A DNA stretch of 64,000 nucleotides, taken from positions 71,860,001 through 71,924,000 of the forward strand of contig NC_058368.1 in NCBI RefSeq assembly GCF_018350175.1. Direction: 5' to 3'. The notes under the pieces were generated by a model. The model did not search any database, was not told the origin of the DNA, and saw nothing but the letters and a program-made list of their open reading frames with translations. The translations under genes and the position numbers were made by a program. Below, piece by piece: positions 1 to 12,253 of the stretch. Positions within the stretch are counted from its first letter, which is position 1. Each line of letters opens with the position of its first letter. The DNA comes from Felis catus. Its lineage: Eukaryota.

Positions 1-118
1 TTTATTTTATTTTATTTTATTTTATTTTATTTTATTTTATTTTATTTTATTTTATTTTATTTTATTGTATTTTATTGTATTTTATTGTATTTTATTGTAT
101 TTTATTGTATTTTATTTT
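1..118. repeat. Compound (TTTTA)n / (TTTATTGTAT)n microsatellite derived from the poly(A) tail of the adjacent minus-strand L1
   Basis: Pentamer TTTTA repeats switch to a 10-bp TTTATTGTAT unit directly abutting the L1 3' UTR. Confidence 0.9.
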
Positions 119-1855
119 TTTAAATATGAAATTTATTGTCAAATTTGTTTCCATACAACACCCAGTGCTCATCCCAACAGGTGCCTTCCTCAATACCCAT
201 CACCCACCCTTCCCTCCCTCCCACCCCCCATCAACCCTCAGTTTGTTCTCAGTTTTTAAGAGTCTCTTATGTTTTGGCTTCCTCCCTCTCTAACCTCTTT
301 TTTTTTTTTCCTTCCCCTCCCCCATGGTCTTCTGTTAAGTTTCTCAGGATCCACATAAGAGTGAAAACATATGGTATCTGTCTTTCTCTGTATGACTTAT
401 TTCACTTAGCATAATACTCTCCAGTTCCATCCATGTTGCTACAAAAGGCCATATTTCATTCTTTCTCATTGCCATGTAGTATTCCATTGTGTATATAAAC
501 CACAATTTCTTTATCCATTCATCAGATGATGAACATTTAGGCTATTTCCATAATTTGGCTATTGTTGAAAGTGCTGCTATAAACATTGGGGTACAAGTGC
601 CCCTATGCATCAGCACTCCTGTATCTCTTGGGTAAATTCCTGGGTCACAGGGTAGATCTATTTTTAATTTTTTGAGGAACCTCCACACTGTTTTCCAGAG
701 TGGCTGCACCAGTTTGCATTCTCACCAACAGTGCAAGAGGGTTCCCGTTTCTCCACATCCTCTCCAGCATCTATAGTCTCCTGATTTGTTCATTTTGGCC
801 ACTCTGACTGGCATGAGGTGATATCTGAGTGTGGTTTTGATTTGTATTTCCCTGATGAGGAGTGACGTTGAGCATCTTTTCATGTGCCTGTTGGCCGTCT
901 GGATGTCTTCTTTAGAGAAGTGTCCATTCATGTTTTCTACCCGTTTCTTCATGGGTTATTTGTTTTTTGGGTGTGGAGTTTGGTGAGCTCTTTCTAGATT
1001 TTGGACACTAGCCCTTTATCCGATATGTCATTTGCAAATATCTTTTCCCATTCCGTTGGTTGTCTTTTAGTTTTGTTGATTGTTTCCTTTGCAGTGGAAA
1101 GCTTTTTATCTTCATGAGGTCCCAATAGTTCATTTTTGCTTTTAATTCCCTTGCCTTTGGGGATGTGTCAAGTAAGAAATTGCTACGGCTGAGGTCAGAG
1201 AGGTCTTTTCCTGCTTTCTCCTCTAGGGTTTTGATGCTTTCCTGTCTCACATTCAGGTCCTTTATCCATTTTGAGTTTATTTTTGTGAATGGTGTAAGAA
1301 AGTGGTCTAATTTCATCCTTCTGCATGTTGCTGTCCAGTTCTCCCAGCACCATTTGTTAAAGAGACTGTCTTTTTTCCATTGGATATTCTTTCCTGCTTT
1401 GTCAAAGATTAGCTGGCCATACGTTTGTGGGTCTAATTCTGGGGTTTCTATTCTATTCCATTGGTCTATGTGTTTGTTTTTGTGCCAATACCGTGCAGTC
1501 TTGATGATGACAGCTTTGTAGTAGAGGCTAAAGTCTGGGATTGTGATGCCTCCTGCTTTGGTCTTCTTCTTCAAAATTACTTTGGTTATTCGGGGCCTTT
1601 TGTGGTTCCATACAAATTTTAGGATTGCTTGTTCTAGCTTTGAGAAGAATGCTGGTGCAATTTTGATTGGGATTGCATTGAATGTGTAGATAGCTTTGGG
1701 TGGTATTGACATTTTAACAATATTTATTCTTCCAATCCATGGGCATGGAATGCTTTTCCATTTCTTTATATCTTCTTCAATTTGCTTCATAAGCTTTCTA
1801 TAGTTTTCAGCATACAGATCTTCTACATCTTTGGTTAGGTTTATTCCTAGGTATT

Positions 1856-2851
1856 TTATGGTGCAATGGTGCAATTGTGGTTTATTCCTAGGTATTTTAT
1901 GCTTCTTGGTGCAATTGTGAAAGGGATCAGTTTCTCTATTTGTCTTTCGGTTGCTTCATTATTAGTATATAAGAATGCAACTGATTTCTGTACATTGATT
2001 TTGTATCCTGCGACTTTGCTGAATTCATGTACCAGTTCTAGCAGACTTCTGGTGGAGTCTATCGGGTTTTCCATGTATACTATCATGTCATCTGCAAAAA
2101 GTGAAAGCTTGGCATCATCATTGCCAACTTTGATGCCTTTGATTTCCTTTTGTTGTCTGATTGCTGATGCTAGCACTTCCAACGCTATGTTAAATAACAG
2201 CGGTGAGAGTGGACATCCCTGTCGTGTTCCTGATCTCAGGGGGAAAGTTCTCAGTTTTTCCCCATTGAGGATGATATTAGCTGTGGGCTTTTCATAAATG
2301 GCTTGTATGATGTTTAAGTGTGTTCCTTCTATCCTGACTTTCTCGAGGGTTTTTATTAAGAAAGGATGCTGAATTTTGTCACATGCTTTTTCTGCATCGA
2401 TAGACAGGATCATATGGCTCTTATCTTTTCTTTTATTAATGTGATGTATCACATTGATTGATTTGTGAATGTTGAACCAGCCCTGCAGCCCAGGAATGAA
2501 TCCCACTTGATCATGGTGAATAATGCTTTTTCTATGCTGTTGAATTCGATTTGCTAGTATCTTACTGAGAATTTTTGCATCCATATTCATCAGGGATATT
2601 GGCCTGTAGTTCTCTTTTTTTGCTGGGTCTCTTTCTGGTTTAGGAATCAAAGTAATGCTGGCTTCACAGAATGAGTCTGGAAGTTTTCCTTCCCTTTCTA
2701 TTTTTTGGAATAGCTTGAGAAGGATAGGTATTATCTCTGCTTTAAATGTCTGGTAGAATTCCCCTGGGAAGCCATCTGGTCCTGGACTCTTATTTGTTGG
2801 GAGATTTTTGATAACTGATTCAATTTCTTTGCTGGTTATGGGTCTGTTCAA
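1856..2851 (-). pseudogene. L1 ORF2p reverse transcriptase domain fragment
   Basis: RT motifs QGCPLSP and FADD; flanked by frameshifts (poly-T expansion at about 3045-3065, duplication at 1838-1901). Confidence 0.95.
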
Positions 2852-3349
2852 GTTTTCTATTTCTTACTGTTTGAGTTTTGGAAGTGTGTGGGTGCTGAGG
2901 AATTTGTCCCTTTCTTCCAGGTTGTCCAGTTTGTTGGCATATAATTTTTCATAGTATTCCCTGATAATTGCTTGTATTTCTGAGGGATTGGTTGTAATAA
3001 TTCCATTTTCATTCATGATTTTATCTATTTGGGTCATCTCTCTCTTTTTTTTTTTTTTTTTTTTTGAGAAGCCTGGGTAGAGGTTTATCAATTTTGTTTA
3101 TTTTTTCAAAAAACCAACTCTTGGTTTCATTGATCTGCTCTACAGTTTTTTTAGATTCTATATTGTTTATTTCTGCTCTGATCTTTATTATTTCTCTTCT
3201 TCTGCTGGGTTTGGGGTGTCTTTGCTGTTCTGCTTCTATTTCCTTTAGGTATGCTGTTAGATACTGTATTTGGGATTTTTCTTGTTTCTTGAGGCCTGGA
3301 TTGCAATGTATTTTCCTCTCAGGACTGCTTTCGCTGCATCCCAAAGCAA

Positions 3350-3460
3350 CAATCCAGGGTCCCTAATTTAACCACATCTGCAAAGTCTCTTTTGTCATGT
3401 AATCTAACACAAGCACAGGTTTGGGGGACTGGAGCCTTTGGGAGCCACTATTCTGCCTCT
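3350..3460 (-). mobile_element. MaLR (MLT1-type) LTR fragment
   Basis: taatttaaccacatctgcaaagtctcttttgtcatgtaa...cacaggtttgggga resembles recalled MLT1 LTR sequence. Confidence 0.6.
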
Positions 3461-3891
3461 TATGTGGACTGACAGTGGGTCAGAGCACTTGCTCTGGACC
3501 AGAGGCTGCTCTGTGTTCTTTGTGTGCACTGTCGCACTCTGCCTGTCCAGTGCTGCGAGGCGGGACTGTGGTGTCCTTGTAAGCAGGTGAGGAAATCAAG
3601 GCTAAGAAAATGACTAGCAAGAAACTGTGGCAGGCTTTAAACATACCTTTTGCAGTGGAAAGAATATAGGTTTTGAAACAGAAAAGGCAAAGGTGTGAAT
3701 TCAGGTTCACATCCTGCTTACCTGTGTGATACTTGGCTCTTCTGAACTTCAGTTTTCTTACACACACTATGTCTGCCACCGGGCATGTGGCTTTCATTAA
3801 GAGAACAGTGCCAATTAAACAAAGTTGAGATATATTTCCAATTAAAAAAAACTGGAAAAAAAAGCCAAACCGAAAACAAAAACCTGAATCT

Positions 3892-3892
<1 letters not shown>

Positions 3893-3924
<32 letters not shown>
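3893..3924. repeat. Poly(C)32 homopolymer
   Basis: 32 consecutive C. Confidence 0.9.
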
Positions 3925-5189
3925 AGTTCACTGGATGCTGTGCTGGAAAGAACACAGGATTTGGAGCAAGACAGACTGGGGGTTGAATCCTGGCTCTTAG
4001 CATGCAGCTGGCTCACTGCTCCTGGACTGATATGGTTTCATTAGCTAATAAATATAAGGGACCTTTTTCTTCTGTTCATTCATTAAACATGTTTACAGCA
4101 GCAAGCTGAGTCCTGGAAGGTATAAAGATCCTCATTGTCTAAAGGAGTGGGCGCCTATATTTCCTGCCAAGTCTGCACCCCCTCACATTTTTAAAGGTTG
4201 GGACTATGGACCAGAAAGGGCCGCATCCTAGTTAGCTTCCATCATTTCCTTCTCCTCTCTTCAGGAGTTTTCCCTGGTGCTTGCTGTGCATGCCCCCTTT
4301 ATCCTAGTTTGCAAGATCATTACTCTCCCCCTGCTCCTAGCATCTGGCCTGTGTCATTATTCCCTGTGGAGTCTACCTCGTAAATGTTTCTCCTCCTTCC
4401 CCTCCATGCCCACTGTCTTAGGTTGCCATCTTCTCTTAACTGGGTGTGAATCCTCCTATGGAGTTTCCTGCCTCTGGGCCTGTCCCCTGTAGTCCATGGT
4501 CATACTTTGAAGACTGCTGGGCTCTTTAAATGAAGTGACACCCCAGTCCACCTAGAAGATGATAACAGAGTTTCTTGGTGAGGGGGATGGTGAGGAGGGT
4601 TATTTGGGTCTTATGCTCCCCCTGTTGTGTCCTAGAGATTTAGCTTCTTCATGGGATTGCTGTCAATCATGGCTGCTACCTTTCCTGGCTTTTATAGCTC
4701 TAGTTTCTTATTGCCACTTTGGGACATGGACCCTTTGTTTAATTTTCTATCTCACAGCTGAGACCAGCATTGACATGGAAGCATTTAAAAAGCCTTTTCT
4801 GCCCGTGAGAGAAACAAGGGATGACAATACAAGGAGCCATTTTTTATTTGTTATTTGGGATACCTAGTAGCCTCTTTGAGACCTGTAGTTGCTCTCTGTT
4901 GGCTTCTGCACTCCTGAACTAGGGCAGAGACCACATTTTCCCTTCAGGCAGGGAGTCCCTCCAAGCTTCCAGAATCTTCTTTCCCTTCCATCCCACAGCA
5001 AACAAACCTTTCAGACCTCAATTTTTGCTCTGGAATCTCAGTCTTCCCAAGAGAGGTGATACAGGGCCTCTACTCCCTCCAAGGCAACTGTACCCCTTGC
5101 CTAGAAGGGCATGGCCTGTCTCTGCAGTCTCAGCATGAAAACCACATCCAAAAACGATAGTCTAAGCCCATGACCAGAGCAACACGGAA

Positions 5190-5598
5190 AGTAGCAGGGA
5201 CACTATTTTCTTAAATCCTCCTAAAATGCAAATCCAATCAAGTCAGTTACTATTAATGATCCGTCAGTATCTCTCCATTGCCTTCTGAATAAAGTCTCAT
5301 CTCTTTGATGTGACTTTCATATCTTGCTAAGAGGCTTTCCAGCATTTCGCACATTCTCTATCCATATTGAAATGCTTGATGCTTCCCGAGGACATTCTGC
5401 TCTCTCACGCCGCTGTGCTTTGCATCTGCTGTTCCTTCTGCCTGAAATTCTTTCCACCTGGCAAACTCCTATATTATCTTCAAGACATAGCATGGGCATC
5501 CCCTCACTCCTCCACGAGTCTGTCCCTGACCTTTCTCCCCTCTCCTGTCATAAAATAATCGCTTTCTTCTCTCTGTTCCTAATACCTATATACAGCTC
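5190..5598. mobile_element. Degenerate L2 fragment
   Basis: L2-like motifs (cctaaaatgcaaatc..., ctttgcatctgctgttccttctgcctgaaat). Confidence 0.55.
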
Positions 5599-6148
5599 TG
5601 TAGGGGAAAAAAAAAACAAAAACAAATTTGCTCTACTTTCTCAAGTTCAGTGACTGGGGACCTGTGAATTAAATTGAAAAAAGACAGATTAATAGGAGAA
5701 AAGGCATGTGTCTCTTTACTGATGTTAGTATTTTTACATGCATGGAGGCTTCACAGGAAAGAAGTGAAAACCTAAAGAAGCGGTTAGACTTGGAAGCTTT
5801 ACATACCATTTTAACAAAGGGTAGTACATTGGGGGGAAGTGACTGTACAAAGGAAAGCAGGGTGTGGGATGCTAGGATGGTAAGTTATGGGAAGGTAAAT
5901 ACATGGGGAGACTAATGAAAGATAAGGGGTATCTTATTAAGGCTCGTGTATGCAGACTTACCTTGGTGCCGACTTTCCATCTTCATGGCCGTAAAACTCC
6001 TCTGGGAGAGTTTTCTCAGAAGTTTCTGCTTTTAGTCAAGTAAGGAAAAGCTCTGAGAAAATTTGCATGTGTGGATTCTCAGGTAACTTCAGCTCAAAAT
6101 AATCCATATGCCAAAGTGGCATATTTGGGGATGGCATTTTCCTCTTCA
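5599..6148 (-). mobile_element. ERV1-class solo LTR (carnivore type)
   Basis: TG...CA termini (tgtagggg...ctcttca), near 4-bp TSD gctc/gctt, similar in both ends to the element at 32596-33157. Confidence 0.7.
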
Positions 6149-6269
6149 GCTTTCTAATATGGCCTAGGTCACACTGTTTGCTAGTCTGCTTATGTGTTTC
6201 CTCCTCTGGTTGGCCATCCAGAACTCATCCAGCACCAAGCCTGTGAATTATCTATTTTGCATCCAAATA

Positions 6270-6395
6270 CCTCCTGATGCTTGAGTCTCACAATCCCAGA
6301 TTCTGATGTAATTGATCTGGGATTCTGCCTGGGCACTGGGATATTTAAAAGCTCCCGAAATGATTCTAATCTGCAGGTAGGGTTGGGAACAACTG
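6270..6395. mobile_element. MER5A-like hAT-Charlie MITE
   Basis: cccagattctgatgtaattgatctggg...gggatatttaaaagctccc...tgattctaatctgcag...ttgggaacaactg. Confidence 0.7.
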
Positions 6396-7471
6396 CCGCT
6401 GACTGTATTTTAGATCCTGCCATTTTCCTAGCATTCTCCCAAGCTCTTGGGGAACTTGCTCTCAAGGGGTGTCAGTGATGGAGAGGTGGATGCTGAAACC
6501 AACCTCTGGCTTTGGTTTTGTTGTAAAATCAGAGTATATGTGGGGGAGAAGGTGGGGATGCTAAGTAGAGACCTAAAATCGTATGGGTGTCATAGTGGAA
6601 CCACCATTGCATTTGAGGCCTCATGATGGAATGGATTTTATGGTGTTGTCTACATCAGACTTCTGGCATTTTGGGGCTGAGATACTCAGGGGTGGGGGGA
6701 GACACTCCTACTGAAAAGCGACTAGATTCTAAATACCCCCCCCCTTTTTTTTTTTTGATGAATTGCTTAACTTGAAGCATGGAGGGGATTTTTCCACCTT
6801 ACTTTCTCCAAAGGAGGAAACTATGAGTGAGGCTGGGTTATAAGTGAGCAGGGGAAAAGGTTATCCTGGGAGCAAATGCCAACAGCAGCATCTTGATTGA
6901 ATGACTGGGTACTCAACTGAGGACCAGAAGCTGGAGGGCAACTAGCTTGGAGACTTGGCGTTGACTCATTGGAGCAGTGTTTACTGGCTAAAATGCACAG
7001 ATTAAAGGTAGCACAGAGCTAGACATCGCAAAGGGGACCTTGACCATGGGCTGTGGAGCTGTAAGCTGCATGGTTCAGAAAGAAGCACAGTAGCAATATG
7101 ATGTGGCAGAACTTTGGCTTCAGCGCTGTTCTGTCAACTCCGTGTTCATGGATGAGGAAGTGCAGACCATCCCGTGGTATGGTCAGAGGGCTACAGGCCA
7201 AGCTTTGAGGCTGACTAGGATTGATTACCATATGCATTGAGCCATGGCTGGTTTCCACATTGCTTTGTAGGAGGCCAAGTCCTCTTTGAGGAGGCCAACC
7301 TTCAGGGACTCTGTCTTGGACAAGTTAACTCTTGCCACTCAGAGAGAATGGAATCACAGAGATGAATGAGTAGTAGGAGACATCAGGAATGACCACAAAG
7401 GTTCAGAAAAGAGCATAATAACACCTCTAAAATGAAAACTATAATTGTTGGAATAAAAAAAAAAGAAAAAC

Positions 7472-7680
7472 TGGGGCATCTGCATGGCTCAGTTGGTTGA
7501 GTCTGACTTTATCTCAGGTCATGATCTCATAGTTCATAAGTTTGAGCCCCATATTGGGCTCTCTGTTGTCAGCATATATCCTCTGTGCTGGAACCTTTGT
7601 CCCCCTCTCTCTGCCCCTCCCCCACTTGCTCTTTCTCTCTCTTTCTAAAATAAATAAGCAATGAATAAACATTAAAAAAA
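7472..7680 (+). mobile_element. Can-SINE
   Basis: ggggcatctgcatggctcagttggtt head, (CT)n tract, A-rich tail. Confidence 0.9.
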
Positions 7681-8161
7681 CCTCAGTGGGGCTAAAGAAA
7701 TAGTGAATTAGATACACTTAAAGAGTGAATTACTGAAATATGTATTTAAAATCATTACAGAGTACACAGAGACAAAGGAGATGGAAAGGAGATGGCAGAA
7801 AACTTAAGAGGAAGCATGAAATGAGAAGTTATATGAAAAATCTAAGAGATTCTAGAAAAAGAGAATGAAGTGAATCCAGTGAAGCAATGTTTAGACAGAC
7901 AATTGCTGAGAATTTTGCAGCATATTGAAAGAGATGAATATATAGATTCTATACCTAGACCAAGCATAGTGAAACTTCAGATACTAAGGACAAAGAGAAA
8001 AATTTAAAGTTGCCAGAGGTAAAAAAAAGATCACAAATGAAGAAAGACAATTAGAGAATAGATTTCTTAATAGCCACAATAGAAGTTATAAGACAATAGA
8101 AAAATAGGTTCATGAGAGAAAAATAAATGTCTTAGAATTCAGTACATAGAAAAATTACCTT

Positions 8162-8378
8162 TTATTTATTTTATTTTGTTTTTAAACTTTTTTATTTTAG
8201 AGACAGAACATGGGCCAGAGGGGGAGGTGGGCAGAGGGGAGGAGAGAGAGAATCTTAAGCAGGTTCCATGTTCAGTGTGGAACCCAAAGCAGGGCACGAT
8301 CCCACAACCCTGGGATCATGACCTGAGCTGAAATCAAGAGTTGGATGCTCAACTGACTGAGCCACCCACCTGTCCCCT
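8162..8378 (-). mobile_element. Can-SINE
   Basis: Reverse-complement Can-SINE (gatcatgacctgagctgaaatcaagag...actgagccaccc). Confidence 0.9.
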
Positions 8379-8663
8379 AGCAAAAGTATCCTTTTAAAGT
8401 ATGAGAGAAATAATGGTGTTTTCAGTTAAAAACGTGGATAGGATTTACCACTACCAAATTAGCATTAAACAATCCACCGACAAGTTTATTTCAGGAAGAA
8501 GAAAACTGATCAAGATGAAGGTATAAGAGGCAAAAAAGAATGATGAGCCAATAGTATGGTAAACATATACATTTAAACAAAGAGTTTCTAGACAAGAGAA
8601 TAATGACTAATTTTTGTTCTTAGAAAGACACAAAATGAAAGCACTTTTAAAATATGAGCTTGT

Positions 8664-8893
8664 AGGGGTGTCTTGTGGCTCAGTTGGTTAAGTGTCCAAC
8701 TTTGGCTTAGTTAATGATTTTGCGGTTCATGAGTTCAAGCCCTGCATTTGTCTCTGCACTGACAGTGTGGAGCCTGGAGCCTGCTTCAGATTCTCTGTCT
8801 TGCTCTCTCTCTGCCCCTCCCCTCTTACTCTCTCTCTCTTTCTCTCTCTCTCTCTCAAAAATCTAAAAAAATTTTTTTCAATAAACAAAAAAA
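8664..8893 (+). mobile_element. Can-SINE (felid type)
   Basis: tRNA-derived head, (CT)n tract, A tail, TSD aaaatatgagctt. Confidence 0.9.
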
Positions 8894-10035
8894 TATGAGC
8901 TTTTCAACTATATTAGGGAAAGGGTAGTAGCTATGTAAAAGTGCCCAATGTTTTTGTATTTTTGGTAAGAAATTTAAGATATAATCTATTATTTGACGTT
9001 GTTAAGTTAAATGTGCAATAAAAAATTGCAAAGGAATTACTAAAAGAACAGGTTTAGGATGCTTTAATTTTCCATCCAGTAAAGAGAATAAATGGAAAAA
9101 TAATATGAAAACAGACAAACAAAAATCCTGTCAATTCAAAAAGAAGACCAAGAAAGAAAAAAGAGGAGTAGAAAAGGAGAGACAAATAAAAATTATTTGG
9201 TAGAAGCAAGTTTAAGTGTTTCATTAATCTCAATGACAATAAATAAACTGGATTTACAATTTTAAAGAGATTACCAGAAAAAAACAATGAGAATGGGAGG
9301 AAAATAACAAAACTAATGCAGTGCTATGGTATTTCCAAGAAACATACTTATGAGAACAGAAAGCTTGAAAGAGGATGGAAAAATATATACTGTCAAATAC
9401 AATTAAAAAGAATACTGGAACAGCCAAATTATTATCAGACAAAAGTAGACTTTAGGAGAAAAAGCATTACTAAGGAATGAGAAGGTCACTTCTTAATGAC
9501 AAAGATTCAATTCACCAAGAAGATTTAATATTTTAAATGTGTATGTACATAATAAAATATCTTCAAAATATATAAAGCAAAAATTATTAGAACTAAATCG
9601 AAGAACTAATTGACAAATGCACCAGCACAGTGGGAGATTTTAACACGTCTCTCTCAATTATTGATACGCAAGCAGACTAAAATACGGTAAAGATTTGACT
9701 AACACAATCACCATGCTTGATTTATTGAACATATGTAGAATTCTGCTTCAAGGTGCATTCTTTACAAACACAAATGGAACATTTACAAAAATTGACCATA
9801 TAACAGGTTTTAGGCAAGTATCAACCACTTTCAAAGAACTGGTTATATTCAGACCACATTTTTCTTTTCATAGTGCAACTAAGTTAGACATGAATATTAA
9901 GATTAAATCATAATATATCCCCACACATTTAGAAATTAAACCACATGTCTGAATAGCCCAATGGATTAAAGAGATCATAATGCAAATAAAAAAAAAAAAG
10001 ATGACCCATAGTTGGGAATCATCCAATCCAGTCTT

Positions 10036-10266
10036 TTTTTTGTTTTTAAAACTTGTTTATAATGCTTATTTATTTTTGAGAGCGAGAGAGAGAGACAGAG
10101 TGTGAGCTGGGGAGGGGCAGAGAGAGGGAGAGACAGAATCCGAAGCCGGGCTCCAGGCTCTGAGCTGTCAGCACAGAGCTTGATGCGGGGCTCAAACTCA
10201 TGAACCATGAGATCATGACCTGAGCCAAAGTTGGACACTCAACCAACTGAGCCACCCAGGCACCCT
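10036..10266 (-). mobile_element. Can-SINE (felid type)
   Basis: TSD tcatccaatccagtctt on both sides. Confidence 0.93.
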
Positions 10267-10545
10267 TCATCCAATCCAGTCTTATATGCCCTTGACCCAT
10301 AGAACAAAGTGGGAGGGATGACAATGGCTCTAGAGCAGGATAGATACTGAAGTAAGGCAAAAGCAACCAAATCTCTAACCTGTGGTGATTTAGTTCTCTT
10401 TATTGATTGGTCAAATGGTTAAAATTTCCTAGCTTGGGTTGCTTCTTCTCTAGTCGAGGAAAACAGTGTTTCTGTGTTGTATTGCATGATCCTGGGAAAA
10501 TAGCCCATTGAGCAGACCATGCAGATGTTGGAAGGATGGTCTTAC

Positions 10546-10675
10546 CTGGCTTTTGGGATGCCTGCTGGACTCTAAGCCCCAAGAAGGCATCCATTGTTTG
10601 GTACAAGGCTGCCAATATGTAGGAGGGACTTCTGGGCACCACAGGAGAGGGCATTTGATGCTTGGAGGCAGCTGG
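10546..10675 (-). pseudogene. Candidate exon remnant (130 bp)
   Basis: Acceptor ttaaattacag|CCAG, donor CCAG|GTAAGA; two of three frames open. Confidence 0.4.
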
Positions 10676-11371
10676 CTGTAATTTAATTATCAAAAAGATC
10701 ATCCTCCACTCAAGTGTTCAGACTCACAGCTGAAATGCCTTTGGACTGGCAAGCTAAAGGAATTGACTGTACCCTAGGCTTTTCTTACTCTCCTTCCAAA
10801 TTCCACTTTCAGTTCCTGCTTACGCTGGAGGAGGGCAAGGTAGAGAAGTCCACATTTGTTTTCCTGCCTTAACAGATCGCAAGGAATGAGGGGCATGTCT
10901 GTGCCAAGCACTGTGCAAACTAGCAAGTTCAGAGAGCACCTGTCATTTCAACTGTAATCTTTTCATATGTTGACTAGAGAAACTCAGTGCTGTTTCTGTG
11001 TTCTAACACTGACCCATTAGTAGAATACTAGAGTAGTAGCCACCAATCTAAATTCTTTTTCAACTTGCTAATATTAGAATGCAAATCTGTAGATGATAGA
11101 GAATCTTTCATTTGCTCAGTTTTCTGACTCCAATTCCTTCATATTAATGAATTGACTAATCCTAAATGATTAATCCTAAAATTATAATGGAAATAAGGTC
11201 AAATCTCCCACTTCGCAAAGGCAGCAAACTGCCATATGAGCCAAAATGGTGAGTATTTCAATCATTTGTGGATGGCGCATAAATATGAACTCCTTAACCC
11301 AAAGTTTTGTGCAGATGGGATTGGATCTAGTAAAATATCACAACTAGCAAGCCTTTTCTTGGCTTTCTTAC

Positions 11372-11593
11372 CTGAATTTTGAAGTACAACTAAATTTCCT
11401 AGAAATGTAAACTGTGTTGTCTGCCTTTTCCAGGTGGTTAGTAGCTGGCATTTACTTCTCAATATGTAATAAATTTACGAGCAAACAAATTACATCTCTA
11501 ACCAAATCTTGCAACCAAATTAGGGCAAATATGCTCTTGCTGTACATTTCATTCACAGTTCAAAAGAGGCAGAGAAAGAGGCATCTTCCTCTC
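11372..11593 (-). pseudogene. Candidate exon remnant (222 bp)
   Basis: Acceptor ttgccttttag|GAGA, donor TCAG|GTAAGA; best frame reads TVNEMYSKSIFALIWLQDLVRDVICLLVNLLHIEK*MPATNHLEKADNTVYISRKF. Confidence 0.45.
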
Positions 11594-12175
11594 CTAAAAG
11601 GCAATTTTAAAAAATGAATTGCTTTGAATAATAATGTCTGAATAATATCAATAAAAAGAATAGCCACAGGACACCCTGTAAGTAAATGGAGACGTAAGAT
11701 TACCATGTGTTGTTCAAGCAATAGCTGGGTCTAGAATGAGGGTGGGAAAACACACACGCATTTCTTGAGGCAAGAAAATGATGTGAACGGAGACTATTCT
11801 TTCCTACCCCTGACAAAATTGATATTATTTCCCTGTCTATTTTCCTGCTTGCTCCTGGCCAATACTATAATTAAAAGGCCTCCCTCCAAGGAGCTCAAAG
11901 TGCTTTGAAGACATGGTCTAATTAATCCTCCTGTAATGTCCACAAGCTCCAGACCCTACTCTGCTGGGAGAACCAGCCAGCCCCATCTAGGTTCATGCAG
12001 CAGCTCTTCTTGAGAGGCTTATGGAAAGTGACAGCAGCTGTCGAAACCAGCCTCTTTCCCAGATGCTGTGAACACAGCCCCTCTTCAGTGTGAGTGCCAC
12101 TGTATCAGCTGAGGGGCTACAAAGCCTGCAGCCAGCCCCTATATGTGTAATCTGCACATTCATCCTTCCACGTAA

Positions 12176-12253
12176 ATCTCCAGTTCCAGAATTCCTTCTA
12201 CCTTATGCAGACCATCTGATCATAGCCCCAACCACATAGGACTGCATCAGTCC
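12176..12253 (-). repeat. 78-bp inverted copy of 13484-13561
   Basis: Reverse complement aligns ungapped to 13484-13561 with 70/78 identities (manual count). Confidence 0.93.

Larger units (their letters stand above)
1..3346 (-). mobile_element. Young 5'-truncated carnivore/felid LINE-1 (3' UTR plus most of ORF2), inactivated by frameshifts
   Basis: Minus-strand ORFs 3021-3344, 2864-3091, 1856-2851, 1008-1874 and 722-952 are colinear L1 ORF2p pieces ([37 protein letters not shown]-terminal [15 protein letters not shown]); 3' UTR and A-rich tail run toward position 1. Confidence 0.97.
7340..9990 (+). mobile_element. Ancient L1 (L1ME-like) covering ORF1 and the start of the ORF2 endonuclease, interrupted by three SINEs
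   Basis: A-rich decayed ORF1-like sequence; EN-domain-like DNA at 9320-9900 (caagaaacatac, ggatggaaaaatata, atcagacaaaagtagacttta, acatttacaaaaattgaccatata; residual peptide GTFTKIDHI). Confidence 0.8.

Noticed and set aside
1165..2297. Plus-strand ORFs of 118 and 143 aa
   Set aside because: Antisense shadows of L1 ORF2.
3480..4016. 178-aa minus-strand ORF with poly-Gly
   Set aside because: Runs through MIR-like sequence and the C32 tract; no recognisable domain.
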